Shown here piece by piece: positions 9,581 through 19,146 of a DNA stretch of 64,000 nt (its first letter is position 1; the number at the start of each line of letters is the position of its first letter). The translations under genes were made by a program, and so were the position numbers. The notes beneath the pieces are model-generated. The model made no database searches. It worked only from the letters and a program-made list of their open reading frames with translations, and was not told the DNA's origin. The stretch is from an uncultured Treponema sp. (lineage in GTDB: Bacteria; Spirochaetota; Spirochaetia; Treponematales; Treponemataceae): positions 1,824 through 65,823 of the forward strand of contig CALAEM010000118.1 of the NCBI GenBank assembly GCA_937890985.1, read 5' to 3'.

Positions 9581-11137
9581 ATGGCAAAAGTAAGTATTAA
9601 GGGAACAAGTTATGTGCTTGTTCACGCACCGAATTTATTGATTCATAACGGTTCAAATCAGACGGGAGCACGGCTTGTTGCAGATTTGAAAAACTCGGAA
9701 GATCCGAATACGCAGTTTTTGAATGCAATTCCAAAGCATTTGCGTTCGTATGATGATGCGGTTAATTATCCGCCGAACCAAGTATATATTGGTAACTTAG
9801 AACCAGAAGATTTGGAAAAGATTCCAGAGCCTTGGTACGCAAACCAGAAAAAGGCAAATGCAGTCGGGCCGTTCGGCGAAATCATCGGTGAAAAGGAATT
9901 TTACATTTTGATGAAGCATGCCGACGTTTTCGATTTGGTTATGTTAACCAAAGACTTTATCGCTCACGCGGACGCTTTAATCAAGGCTCACCCGATTATG
10001 CAAGAGCATGATATTAAGCTTGGGGCAGGTTTTGACGACGCTGACATAAAGAAATTGGTTGATGCTCATCAGGCTGAGGGTTTGTATGACGGCGATAAAC
10101 TTGTCGGTTGTGTCAAGCAAGCTCACGCGACAGACGAAAACTTAAGTGCTCATACAATGTTGGAAAACCTTGCAACAAAGGCTTCTGGTATTTTGGCAGC
10201 TTGGCACATTGCTAAACAAGACGGTATCGATATGTCAAGTATCGACTATATTATGGAATGTTCTGAAGAAGCAGCTGGCGATGTGAACCAGCGAGGTGGC
10301 GGCAACATTGCAAAAGCGGTTGGTGAAAAATCTGGTTGTGTAAACGCTTCAGGTTCTGACGTTCGAGGTTTTTGTGCTGCTCCTGTTCACGCGATTATTC
10401 ACGCGGCTGGTCTTGTCGCTTCGGGAATTTTTGAAAACGTGCTTGTTGTGTCGGGCGGTTCAGTGCCGAAACTTGGTATGAACTCAAAAGACCACGTGAA
10501 AAAAGACCTCCCGATTCTGGAAGACGTTATCGGCGGTTTTGCTGTCGTTATCGGAAAGAATGACGGAAAAAATCCTGTTATCAATACTGACGTTATCGGA
10601 AAGCACTCAATTTCTTCTGGTTCGTCACCGCAGGCAGTTATGTCCGTTTTGGTGTATGACCCGCTCAATGCAAACGGTATGAAAATCACCGACATTGAAA
10701 AGTACTCACCCGAATTGCAGAACAAAGAAATCACGATGCCCGCAGGTGCTGGAAACGTCCCAGAAGCAAACGTAAAAATGGTTGCTGCATTGGCAGTTAT
10801 GAAAGGACAGCTTGACAAAGCAAAGATTGCTGACTTTGTTAAAGAGCGCGGAGTTGTCGGTTTTGCTCCGACACAAGGACACATTCCTTCAGGCATTCCG
10901 TTCTTGGGTCATGCACGAAAAGCTATGTTAGCTGGCAAGATGAAAAACACGATGGTTATCGGAAAGGGAAGTTTGTTCCTCGGACGTTTGACTAACCTGT
11001 TTGACGGTTTGAGCTTCGTGCTTCAGGCGAATGACGGCAAAGTTGAATCGTCTTCAAGTGGCGATGATTCTGCCATCAAAAAAGTCGTTGCCGATGCAAT
11101 GCGTAACTTGGCAAACAGCATTTTAGAAAATAAATAA
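9581..11137 (+). CDS. grdC: Glycine/sarcosine/betaine reductase complex component C, beta subunit (thiolase-like)
   Basis: 518 aa. The N-terminus YVLVHAPNLLIHNGSNQTG and the overall size fit GrdC as I recall it. It is immediately followed by a PlsX-like partner, which is the GrdC-GrdD arrangement. Confidence 0.7.
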   Translation: MAKVSIKGTSYVLVHAPNLLIHNGSNQTGARLVADLKNSEDPNTQFLNAIPKHLRSYDDAVNYPPNQVYIGNLEPEDLEKIPEPWYANQKKANAVGPFGEIIGEKEFYILMKHADVFDLVMLTKDFIAHADALIKAHPIMQEHDIKLGAGFDDADIKKLVDAHQAEGLYDGDKLVGCVKQAHATDENLSAHTMLENLATKASGILAAWHIAKQDGIDMSSIDYIMECSEEAAGDVNQRGGGNIAKAVGEKSGCVNASGSDVRGFCAAPVHAIIHAAGLVASGIFENVLVVSGGSVPKLGMNSKDHVKKDLPILEDVIGGFAVVIGKNDGKNPVINTDVIGKHSISSGSSPQAVMSVLVYDPLNANGMKITDIEKYSPELQNKEITMPAGAGNVPEANVKMVAALAVMKGQLDKAKIADFVKERGVVGFAPTQGHIPSGIPFLGHARKAMLAGKMKNTMVIGKGSLFLGRLTNLFDGLSFVLQANDGKVESSSSGDDSAIKKVVADAMRNLANSILENK

Positions 11138-11148
11138 GAGGTGAAATT

Positions 11149-12303
11149 ATGAGTAACGAAAAAGAAAAAGTCGCTGCCATTTTTTCAAGCCTTGCGGATG
11201 CATTGGAAACGGGTTCGTTTGGTGAAAAGTTTAGCATCGGTTTAACAATTCCGGGAAGCGAACACGGTGAAGCTGAGTTGGTCAAGGCTGCTAAACTCGC
11301 CCGTGAAGCAAACAGCGACCTTGACATTGTGCTAATCGGTGGTGAAAAAGTTGACGGCTTCAAACAATACCCTGGCAAAACTCTCGAAGAAGCCCACAAA
11401 CAAATGGAAGAACTCTTTGCCAAAGGCACAATTCAGGCTGCGGTAACGATGCACTACAACTTCCCGATGGGTGTCGCTACGGTTGGTAAGGTTATCACGC
11501 CGGGACGTGGACGCGAGATGATTCTTGCGACTACAACGGGAACCGCTGACGCGAACCGCTACAAGGCGATGCTGCTCAACGTTATTTCGGGTATTGCAAC
11601 GGCGAAAGCCAACGGAATTGAAAACCCGACGGTTGGACTTCTCAACATCGACGGAATTGCCTTGATTGAAAAGGCTTTGAATAAGATGGCAGAACGTGGC
11701 TACAAAGTCCACTTCACAGAGTCGCAGCGTGCAGACGGTGGCGTCCGAATGCGCGGTAACGACTTGTTGGAAGGAACTCCAGACGTTATGGTTTGCGATA
11801 CGCTAACTGGAAATCTCTTGGTGAAGCTCTTTTCATCATTCCTAACTGGAGGAAGCTACGAAGCAAGCGGATTCGGGTACGGGCCTTGCGTTGGCACAGG
11901 CTATGACTACACTGTCGGAATTGTATCGCGAGCATCAGGTGCACCAGTGATTGCAAATGCATTAAAATTTGTTGCAAAGTCAGCACGCGGAAAGCTCACG
12001 GCAGTATACGCGAACGAGTTAAAACTGGCACGAAAAGCCGGCTTGGACGAATTGCTCGAAGGTATGCCTGGCGGAAAACCGACTGAAACGAAATCCGCTG
12101 ACGTTCCGGTGCCGCCCAAAAAGCCTGTATCCGCAGGTATCCCAGGCATCGATGTTATCGAAATTGAAGATGCATGCAAGGAATTATGGAAGGCAGGCAT
12201 TTACGCAGAAAGCGGAATGGGTTGCACTGGCCCTGTCGTTATGGTAAGCGACGGCGACCACAAAAAGAGTGTCGAAATCCTCAGAGCTGCAAACTTTATC
12301 TAA
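11149..12303 (+). CDS. grdD: Glycine reductase complex component C, alpha subunit (PlsX-like)
   Basis: 384 aa. PlsX-type motifs (VGLLNIDG, DVMVCDTLTGNLLVK) but a non-PlsX N-terminus. It starts 11 nt after grdC. Confidence 0.7.
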   Translation: MSNEKEKVAAIFSSLADALETGSFGEKFSIGLTIPGSEHGEAELVKAAKLAREANSDLDIVLIGGEKVDGFKQYPGKTLEEAHKQMEELFAKGTIQAAVTMHYNFPMGVATVGKVITPGRGREMILATTTGTADANRYKAMLLNVISGIATAKANGIENPTVGLLNIDGIALIEKALNKMAERGYKVHFTESQRADGGVRMRGNDLLEGTPDVMVCDTLTGNLLVKLFSSFLTGGSYEASGFGYGPCVGTGYDYTVGIVSRASGAPVIANALKFVAKSARGKLTAVYANELKLARKAGLDELLEGMPGGKPTETKSADVPVPPKKPVSAGIPGIDVIEIEDACKELWKAGIYAESGMGCTGPVVMVSDGDHKKSVEILRAANFI

Positions 12304-12310
12304 TGCAAAA

Positions 12311-12346
12311 GGGTCTCCGAACTTATGTGTTGGAGACCCTTTTTTA
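12311..12346 (+). terminator. Rho-independent terminator after grdD
   Basis: GGGTCTCC, a 13 nt loop, GGAGACCC, then TTTTTT. An A-run precedes it, so it could work in both directions. Confidence 0.7.
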
Positions 12347-12398
12347 ATTCCGATTATATGCAGCTCAAAATTGTAGCTGCATCCGTCGTGTGGCTTTA

Positions 12399-13487
12399 TT
12401 ATAGCTTTATTGCAAAATCAACAGTAAAACCTGGTTGAGTTTTTGAGCCAGCTGCCTTTGTTTTGAAGCTAAGTGAAGCGGCGGTGTTTAGCTCGAAAAA
12501 CCCTGCGTCAACTCCAACGCCGAATGACGGTGAAAGCTCTCTTAAACCAAGTCGTATGTAGTACGCTTTATTAAATTCAAACTCCATTCCAAAACTTATG
12601 TTATATAAAATTGAGCGTTTGTTTCTCAACGGCGATAAGAAGTCGCAATAATCGAACCAAAAAATATAACGCGTGAATGTCGAGTAATTTTCAGGCAGCT
12701 TCGGTTGAATCGAAAAACCTGCATTCATTACTGGAATCGGACTTCGATATTTTGTGCCACCAGATGAACTAGACGCTTTGAACGCGGCAGCATTTGCGTA
12801 CATCGTGGAAAAAGTCGCCGTGTATGCATCTTGCACGGTAAAGCCGAATTTCACAAAATCTGCGTAGTTGTACAAAAATCCGACATCAAGCCCTATTGCA
12901 CACGTCAGCATAACTGGATTGGCGTCTGAAAGCGAACTAAATAAATTTGAATATGGTGCAGGCGTACCCGACCAAGTTGCATCTCGTTCAACAGAAAATC
13001 CTTGAAAGTAGCCTTTCATCTGAATGCCCAACGATATGGAATGATTTCCATTGTCAAAAACTTTTGCACCATAGCCGCCAGTTAAAAAAAGTTCTTCTCC
13101 AAATATTAAATCATATTTATTGTTTGCTTTATCTATATTTCTTTCAAGCCGCGTCGTATTAAAAATCCCGAAAGCAAAGTTTGTATTCGTTAAACCGAAC
13201 GCAATCGGTCCCACCAAGCTCATCTCGGTTAAAAGCGAGGACGCATTTTCGCGAGCCCTTCCATTGAACGCAAGTGCCGATATGCTCCATTTTTTTTGCA
13301 GCGATGAAAAAAGAGCTGGATTGGTAAAAAGCGTCAACAAATCGGCATCCTGCGTCGTGTACGGGCCACCACTCGCATTTAATTTAGCAAGATTGAATTT
13401 TGGCACTTGCAGCGGAGCAAGCGTAAGAGTTTGAGCAAAGCTACAAAAGCTCATCGTTAACAAAAATATAAAAAACTTCAGTTTCAT
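12399..13487 (-). CDS. Putative outer-membrane beta-barrel protein
   Basis: 362 aa. Signal peptide MKLKFFIFLLTMSFCSFAQ. Alternating aromatic and Gly-rich strands, with a C-terminus FTVDFAIKL. Confidence 0.5.
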   Translation of the reverse strand: MKLKFFIFLLTMSFCSFAQTLTLAPLQVPKFNLAKLNASGGPYTTQDADLLTLFTNPALFSSLQKKWSISALAFNGRARENASSLLTEMSLVGPIAFGLTNTNFAFGIFNTTRLERNIDKANNKYDLIFGEELFLTGGYGAKVFDNGNHSISLGIQMKGYFQGFSVERDATWSGTPAPYSNLFSSLSDANPVMLTCAIGLDVGFLYNYADFVKFGFTVQDAYTATFSTMYANAAAFKASSSSGGTKYRSPIPVMNAGFSIQPKLPENYSTFTRYIFWFDYCDFLSPLRNKRSILYNISFGMEFEFNKAYYIRLGLRELSPSFGVGVDAGFFELNTAASLSFKTKAAGSKTQPGFTVDFAIKL

Positions 13488-13569
13488 ATCAACCCCGATA
13501 TAATGTTATAAATGATAGTATCAAATTTCACGAAAAATTTTTAGAGGTTCGGCATCGTTATTAAATCGC

Positions 13570-14970
13570 TCAGCAAAGTTCGCAGAACTGACCAGCAATT
13601 TTTACGCAAACGTCATCCCCGCTCTTTAGATTTTCGGCAGATTTGACGTATTTTAAAGGCAATAATAAATAGTTTTCCGTCAATATTTTTTTCTCCGTGC
13701 CAAATTGCTCGACTATGCCAGTAACAATTCTGCCATTTACGCTTTCCAGATAGGCTGCATAGTTTGCGTTGGAAAGTTCATTCAAAACGCTCACTCGCTC
13801 CGTTGCAATTCGCTCAGGAACTTTCGGCTTAAAATCGTACGCTGGTGTTTCAGGGCGAGGTGAAAACGGAAAACTGTGAATGTGGGCAAACGCAATTTGT
13901 CTGCAAAGTTCAACCGTTAGTGCAAAGTCGTCCGCGGTTTCGGTTGGAAAACCCGCGATAATATCCGCCCCCAAAAAAGGTGCATCTTTCACAGCTCGCA
14001 AGTTTTCACACGCCGCATAAATTTTACCAATATCCGCTGGGCGTTTCATCAACTTCAAAATCCTCTCGCTACCTGATTGCACTGACAAATGAAAATACGG
14101 ACACACACGTTCAGATTTTACCGCTTCCAAAAATTCCGCATCAATTGCTTCGGGATAAAAACTTGAAATGCGAAATTTCACTTTTTGGGTATTTTTCACC
14201 AAAGCTTGGAGGAGTTGCGGAAAATTTACGCCGTCCGAATTATATTGTGCAAGATTCACTCCAGTAAGTACGATTTCATTTTTGCCAGCGGCTTCGATGC
14301 GGACGGCTCGCTCAATCGCTTCTTCAAGGCTCAAAGAAACCGACTTTCCACGTGCCAGATGAATACGACAAAACGTGCACGAGGAATTGCAGCCGTCCTG
14401 CACTTTCAGCGATGCCCGCGAATGAAATGCAAAATTGCTTGTGGTGAGGTCAAATGCAAATTCAGGTTTTTCAACTGTTTGAAATTTTTTGTCGGAAGCT
14501 TTCTGTAAATTTTGCATCGATGATTTTTGCTGCAAAACTTCAGTCTTAAAACTTGAAAATACTTCAGCTAAAAATTGTGTAAAGCTGACATCGTGCCGTG
14601 CCTCTGCCCCGATTAATTTTTCTGCAAAATATTTCGGAAATTGCGACAAAGCTCCCTTTTGCATTCCCGGAAAGGTTTTGACCGTTGGTGCAATCGCTTC
14701 AATTTTTAAACTATCCAACTGTGCGTAACATCCAGTTACCAAGATAAGTGCGTTTGGAAAATCTTTTACGCAAGAGCGAATAACATGGCGGCATTTTTGT
14801 TCCGCCTTGCTCGTTACCGTGCAAGTATTCACAAATACCAAGCAAACATCTTCGGTGTTTTTTGTCGTGTCGAAAATTGAAAAACCGCTTTTCAAGAAAG
14901 CATCGGCAAGGGCTTCCGTTTCGTTTTGATTTAATCGGCAGCCCAAGTTCTCAAAGTGAACAAGGTGCAT
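13570..14970 (-). CDS. mtaB: Radical-SAM tRNA methylthiotransferase (MiaB/MtaB family)
   Basis: 466 aa. The N-terminal UPF0004 Cys pattern (NLGCRLN, TCTVT) is present, as is radical-SAM CNSSCTFC and a C-terminal TRAM-like end. The start overlaps the upstream stop (TAATG). Confidence 0.75.
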   Translation of the reverse strand: MHLVHFENLGCRLNQNETEALADAFLKSGFSIFDTTKNTEDVCLVFVNTCTVTSKAEQKCRHVIRSCVKDFPNALILVTGCYAQLDSLKIEAIAPTVKTFPGMQKGALSQFPKYFAEKLIGAEARHDVSFTQFLAEVFSSFKTEVLQQKSSMQNLQKASDKKFQTVEKPEFAFDLTTSNFAFHSRASLKVQDGCNSSCTFCRIHLARGKSVSLSLEEAIERAVRIEAAGKNEIVLTGVNLAQYNSDGVNFPQLLQALVKNTQKVKFRISSFYPEAIDAEFLEAVKSERVCPYFHLSVQSGSERILKLMKRPADIGKIYAACENLRAVKDAPFLGADIIAGFPTETADDFALTVELCRQIAFAHIHSFPFSPRPETPAYDFKPKVPERIATERVSVLNELSNANYAAYLESVNGRIVTGIVEQFGTEKKILTENYLLLPLKYVKSAENLKSGDDVCVKIAGQFCELC

Positions 14971-15596
14971 TACATCCTGCTTAATACGCGTTTGCGTCCG
15001 TTTTGAGCATCGACTAAATTTTTGTCTAATTCCAAAGCCTGCTCGTACGCCTGCAAAGCATAAGTCGTTTCATTTAACTGTTCGCGAGCATATCCGAGCC
15101 GCGTCCACCAAAGTGCATTGTTCGGGCTAAAACGGACTGCCGTCGAAAAAGCTATATCCGCATGGGCAAATTTTTTCAAGCGGACGTATATCTCACCCAA
15201 GAAATTATACACAACCGCAAGCTTATTTCCCATCGGCGCATACACAACATAGGTTTCAAAACTTTTTATCGCTTCAGCATTTTTACCAAGATAAAAATAA
15301 GCTTCACCTTCCGTTTCCAAAATACGCGGATCATATTGGGAAATTGTTTTTGAACGTTCACACCAAAGCAAAGTTTCATCGTATTGCTTGTCGCCGAGCA
15401 ACGCCCACGTCAAAACAACATAGCTATCCAGATTGTTTGCATTGACTTTAATTTCGTTTAAACACACTTCGATGGCACTTTTGTATTGACCAGTTTGATA
15501 CATTTTCAGTGCGTCCGGTTTTGTCTGCGAAAAAACAAATCCTGCAAAAAATATCGCAAATGCTATAAAGATAATTTTCTTATCGGGCGTATTCAT
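14970..15596 (-). CDS. TPR-repeat protein with a signal peptide
   Basis: The start was moved to the ATG at 15596 (MNTPDKKIIFIAFAIFFAGFVFSQ). TPR-like A/Y/L periodicity runs throughout. Confidence 0.65.
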   Translation of the reverse strand: MNTPDKKIIFIAFAIFFAGFVFSQTKPDALKMYQTGQYKSAIEVCLNEIKVNANNLDSYVVLTWALLGDKQYDETLLWCERSKTISQYDPRILETEGEAYFYLGKNAEAIKSFETYVVYAPMGNKLAVVYNFLGEIYVRLKKFAHADIAFSTAVRFSPNNALWWTRLGYAREQLNETTYALQAYEQALELDKNLVDAQNGRKRVLSRM

Positions 15597-15639
15597 CGAT
15601 GTATTTTCCCTTCGGTATTTATTTAATGTGACGACGGCT

Positions 15640-15999
15640 CTATTGTTGCATTGTGCAACTTCCAGAAAAAAAGCACCCAGGTTCAAGCACAACTTCAGGC
15701 GAAGTTATGTCTCCTGTAAGTCGCCCAGAAGCATAAACGTTGACGCTTGTTTTCGCAGTTATGTTACCGACAACTTCGCCCTTTACGATTACGCGGTCGG
15801 CAAAAATCGCCGCATGTACTACGGCACTTTCTTCTATCGTCAAGTCGCTGCCAGATTCAAGCTTTCCCGACACCTTGCCTTTTATCATCAGCGGGCGTGC
15901 AAACTTTATCTCGCCAGTAAAATTAATATCCGTTGCTAAAACCGTTTCATAATCGTCTTCATCCAAATCGGCTAAGTTATATTTTTCGTTGCTACTCAT
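15640..15999 (-). CDS. Bactofilin (polymer-forming cytoskeletal protein)
   Basis: The start was moved to 15999 (MSSNEKY..). Repetitive beta-helix pattern: INFTGEIKF..IKGKVSGKLESGSDLTIEE..VKGEVVGNITA..ASGRLTGDITS. Confidence 0.8.
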   Translation of the reverse strand: MSSNEKYNLADLDEDDYETVLATDINFTGEIKFARPLMIKGKVSGKLESGSDLTIEESAVVHAAIFADRVIVKGEVVGNITAKTSVNVYASGRLTGDITSPEVVLEPGCFFSGSCTMQQ

Positions 16000-16061
16000 C
16001 GGTGCATTATGCCTAATTTCACCCCGAAAGTCAAGTAGCACAACTACTGCTCACTTAGCTT

Positions 16062-16304
16062 CATTAACCGAAAGTGCAACTCACAGGACAACCGTTTCAG
16101 CGTACATCATTGTACGCTGTTAAACTCGAGTTTGTACGCTAACTGTGCAAGATGCACAGTTAGCGTACAAACATCGTAGGGCTGACAAGGAAGTCAGCTG
16201 TGAAAAGCACTAGCGAGTTTTTGCAAGACAACGACGAGTTTCACAAAAATCACATTTTTGTGAAACTCGTAAGGTAATTGGCAACAAGGATGTTGCCAAT
16301 TACC
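16062..16304 (+). repeat. Expanded nested-palindrome repeat: left box plus five different perfect hairpins
   Basis: Left box CATTAACCGAAAGTGCAACTCACAGG. Hairpins lie at 16098-16119 (9 bp stem), 16130-16172 (20 bp), 16181-16198 (6 bp), 16235-16269 (16 bp) and 16273-16304 (14 bp). Confidence 0.8.
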
Positions 16305-16446
16305 GAGCTTTTGGGTTTCTGGTTTGAGCTTTAAACAAAAATGTGTTCCGTCTCAGAGAGCTCAAAACTATAAAGCAATTTAGCTTAGGTGTATTGCGAT
16401 TAAAATTTACAAACTGGTTTTGGCGACAAAAGACTTCAACGCAACA

Positions 16447-17217
16447 TCAGTACGAAACCTTCCACAAAAAAAGCCCCTGTGCTGGAGCGGTGAAGCCTGC
16501 TTTTTTTCTGTCGCAAGCGTGCAGAATTTCTGCGAATTCGCGCTCGGTGCCACCTTTTTTTTCCAGCTCAATCATCGTGCCAACAAGCGAGCGAACCATT
16601 CGCCACAAAAATGCGTTCGCGGTGATTTCAAAAACAAGCATTTCATTTTGCATAAAAAAAAAGGCTTTTTCGACGTAGCGACTTTTTCGCAAACTCATAT
16701 CGCCGCTTGCTGCAAACGTCGTGAAGTCTATTTCGCCTTGCAGAATTTGCGCCATTTTGTTGAGTGTCAAAAGGTGTGGCATGTATCGGATGTTCCACGT
16801 GTAGCGAGTGAGGTGTGCGAGGGTAAATTCCTGCGTGTTGCAAAAATACCGGTAGGTTCGAGATTTCGAGCTGAAGCGGGCGTTAAAGTTCAGAGCAACT
16901 TTTTCGGCGTTGACAATGCGGACATCTTTCGGCAGCATTGAGTTAAGTGCCTGAATATAGTTTTCTGCTTCCATATTTTTGATAGTACTGATAAAGTTTG
17001 CAATTTGCCCCGCGGCGTGAACGCCTGAGTCTGTTCGCCCAGAACCTACGAGTTCAGTTTTCCGTTTGAGCAGTTTTTGCAACGCCGCTTCGATTTCGCC
17101 TTGCACCGTTCGGTAAGTTTCATTTCCAGCCTTGGTTTGTTTTTGCCAGCCACAAAAATCTGTACCATCATACGAAATCGTTAAAAGTATATTCTGCAAA
17201 CTGTGTTGTGTATCCAC
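16447..17217 (-). CDS. truA: tRNA pseudouridine(38-40) synthase
   Basis: 256 aa. Catalytic motif GSGRTDSGVHAAGQ and YDGTDFCGWQ. Confidence 0.9.
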   Translation of the reverse strand: MDTQHSLQNILLTISYDGTDFCGWQKQTKAGNETYRTVQGEIEAALQKLLKRKTELVGSGRTDSGVHAAGQIANFISTIKNMEAENYIQALNSMLPKDVRIVNAEKVALNFNARFSSKSRTYRYFCNTQEFTLAHLTRYTWNIRYMPHLLTLNKMAQILQGEIDFTTFAASGDMSLRKSRYVEKAFFFMQNEMLVFEITANAFLWRMVRSLVGTMIELEKKGGTEREFAEILHACDRKKAGFTAPAQGLFLWKVSY

Positions 17218-17280
17218 GATAAAACCCTACGCTGCCGACCTTTCACAAATGCTTTTCTAAACCTTTTATCTGCAAAAAAC

Positions 17281-18153
17281 TTAATCGTCAGTTTGAAGTT
17301 CCGCTTTTAGATTGTCGTACAATGCACGAGCAAGGTCTAAAAGCGGGCCGGGTTTTTCTTTTGAAGTTTTGCCCAAACCGAACATTTTTGCGAGAGTGCT
17401 TTTTTGCCGCTCCAACTCTTTTGCACGTCTTTCAGGGTCATCCCGATATCCGTACTTATACAGCAAAAGGGCTTGAAGATAAAGCACACCGTCATAGCCG
17501 TAGTTTTTGTCTGTGTCGGGTCCCAAGTTTTTCGCACTCGACATAATTTCACGTCCCTTTTGCTCGTTAAAAAGAGCCTTTCGGTAAAGGAACATCGCCT
17601 TTTCATAAAACAAATCCGAAATATATTTGAAGTTTTCGCCTGGTTTTTTTTCGTCGAGCGTTTTAAAAAGCCATGCAGCACGCAAAGAGCAAATAGCCTG
17701 CTTCACTGTCGGCGAAAACTTTTTGTCAAAAACCGAATAACACATAATCGCAAGGTAATACGAAGCCGCTCCCTCACAAATCGTTCTTGCATCGGAAAAA
17801 TCCAGTTTAGAAAAAAGCTTGTGCATGGACGAGTATCGGTTCTGAGTGCTTTCAAACAGCTTCGCGATAACAGCAGAACTCGGCAGGCGAAAGTCGCCTG
17901 GAAAACTCGCGTAGTAACATTTCGGACACACCACTACCTGATACAGAAGCGGAATCACCTCGCCGTACTTCACCGAAGGCGTATAAGTTCGGTGAAGCTC
18001 ATCGGTTAAATCCGCCGCAATAAGCCGCCCGCCACCCTGGTGCAATTCTTCCTTTTTAAATTTCGTCTTGCAAACGGGACACTCAAACTGCTCCTTCGCA
18101 TAATAAGTCAAATTCCCTGCTTTACTTTCATCTTCTTTTTTGTGATGCAACAT
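17281..18153 (-). CDS. DUF2225-type zinc-ribbon / TPR-like protein
   Basis: 290 aa. CPVCKTKF..VVCPKCYYA zinc ribbon followed by a helical region, which is the pattern I associate with DUF2225. Confidence 0.55.
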   Translation of the reverse strand: MLHHKKEDESKAGNLTYYAKEQFECPVCKTKFKKEELHQGGGRLIAADLTDELHRTYTPSVKYGEVIPLLYQVVVCPKCYYASFPGDFRLPSSAVIAKLFESTQNRYSSMHKLFSKLDFSDARTICEGAASYYLAIMCYSVFDKKFSPTVKQAICSLRAAWLFKTLDEKKPGENFKYISDLFYEKAMFLYRKALFNEQKGREIMSSAKNLGPDTDKNYGYDGVLYLQALLLYKYGYRDDPERRAKELERQKSTLAKMFGLGKTSKEKPGPLLDLARALYDNLKAELQTDD

Positions 18154-18232
18154 ATCGCAATTTTAACGCAAAACACTTAAATTTTCAAGAGTGCATTTTT
18201 CAGCTTCATGCGAATCTTTTTCTGTTTTGGTA

Positions 18233-18296
18233 TTTGTAAACGGTAAAGCTTATCCACGTGCTCATCTTGTGGCGGTTTCTCCGCCACAAGATGAGC
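18233..18296 (+). repeat. Nested-palindrome intergenic repeat, diverged copy
   Basis: Left box TTTGTAAACGGTAAAGCTTATCCACGT, near-identical to the copy at 1339. A perfect 16 bp hairpin, GCTCATCTTGTGGCGG-TTTCT-CCGCCACAAGATGAGC, lies at 18260-18296. Confidence 0.7.
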
Positions 18297-18312
18297 TTCT
18301 TTTATCAAAAGC

Positions 18313-19146
18313 TCAATACGCTCCGCTTGTTGTTCCAGTCGCACAAATTACCGCAAGCATGCGAGTAAACTTGCCGCCCGAATTTTCGCGGCAATTTGAG
18401 CCAAAAACAAAACCTTGCTGCCTAGTTTCAACACTCCCAGCAAAAGATTTTGTGCAGCAAGTGCATAAACCCGTGTCAGCAATATTTTCTGGCGGAACGC
18501 CTTTCCCAACAAGCAGTGTACGGTTAGCTTGAGCAAGCGAAAGTGCATAACGCCTGCTACGAAGTTGCAAAAACTTTGTCAGTGAGAGCCGCACGCAATT
18601 TTTGTCGATAGCAGAAAAGTAAGCGGCTCGCGATTTATCCACGACGTAACAACACGAACGAATATGCGGCCCAAAGATAAAAAACACCTCAGAAGGTTTT
18701 GAACCAAAACGTTGCCCTAGCAAGTCGATAGCGTCCGCCGCAATGCCTGTACCTTTCCAGCCTGAATGCAGCACACCAAACGCACCGCTATGCGAATCAT
18801 AAAGGAAAATCGGCATACAATCTGCAACCACAACCGCTGGCACAAAAGTCCGCACCGTCGTTATAATTCCGTCGGCTTCCGTGTCTGCCAAAAAAGGCTC
18901 CGCTTCATCGGTAAAAAGCAAAATGCGTCGACTATGCACTTGAGTCGCATACCGCAATGCAGGCTCCTCAATGCCAATTTCACTCAAAAACCGCTGCCGA
19001 TTTTCATTCATCGACTTTTTGCCACGGCTCATATCGCCCGCCACCAACGTCGAGATATAGCACGAAGGCAAAAAATCTGTCGCCGACTTAACGTAGCAGT
19101 TGTGCCGTTTTTGAAAGCAAAATGAAAGATGCGTTACCGAACTCAT
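18313..19146 (-). CDS. pgeF: Peptidoglycan editing factor PgeF (YfiH / laccase-domain family)
   Basis: 277 aa. Motifs QVHS, VADCMPIFLYD, HSGWKGT and a C-terminal CTCC. The start overlaps the upstream stop (TAATG). Confidence 0.75.
   Translation of the reverse strand: MSSVTHLSFCFQKRHNCYVKSATDFLPSCYISTLVAGDMSRGKKSMNENRQRFLSEIGIEEPALRYATQVHSRRILLFTDEAEPFLADTEADGIITTVRTFVPAVVVADCMPIFLYDSHSGAFGVLHSGWKGTGIAADAIDLLGQRFGSKPSEVFFIFGPHIRSCCYVVDKSRAAYFSAIDKNCVRLSLTKFLQLRSRRYALSLAQANRTLLVGKGVPPENIADTGLCTCCTKSFAGSVETRQQGFVFGSNCRENSGGKFTRMLAVICATGTTSGAY

Noticed and set aside
9581-12303. In-frame UGA (selenocysteine) codons in grdC and grdD.
   Set aside because: Both ORFs are uninterrupted. As far as I know, component C subunits are not selenoproteins, so none is expected.
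16062-16304. Whether the multi-hairpin arrays at 16.1 kb and 55.6 kb are CRISPR arrays.
   Set aside because: There is no constant direct repeat alternating with spacers, since each hairpin has a different sequence. No cas genes are in the window.
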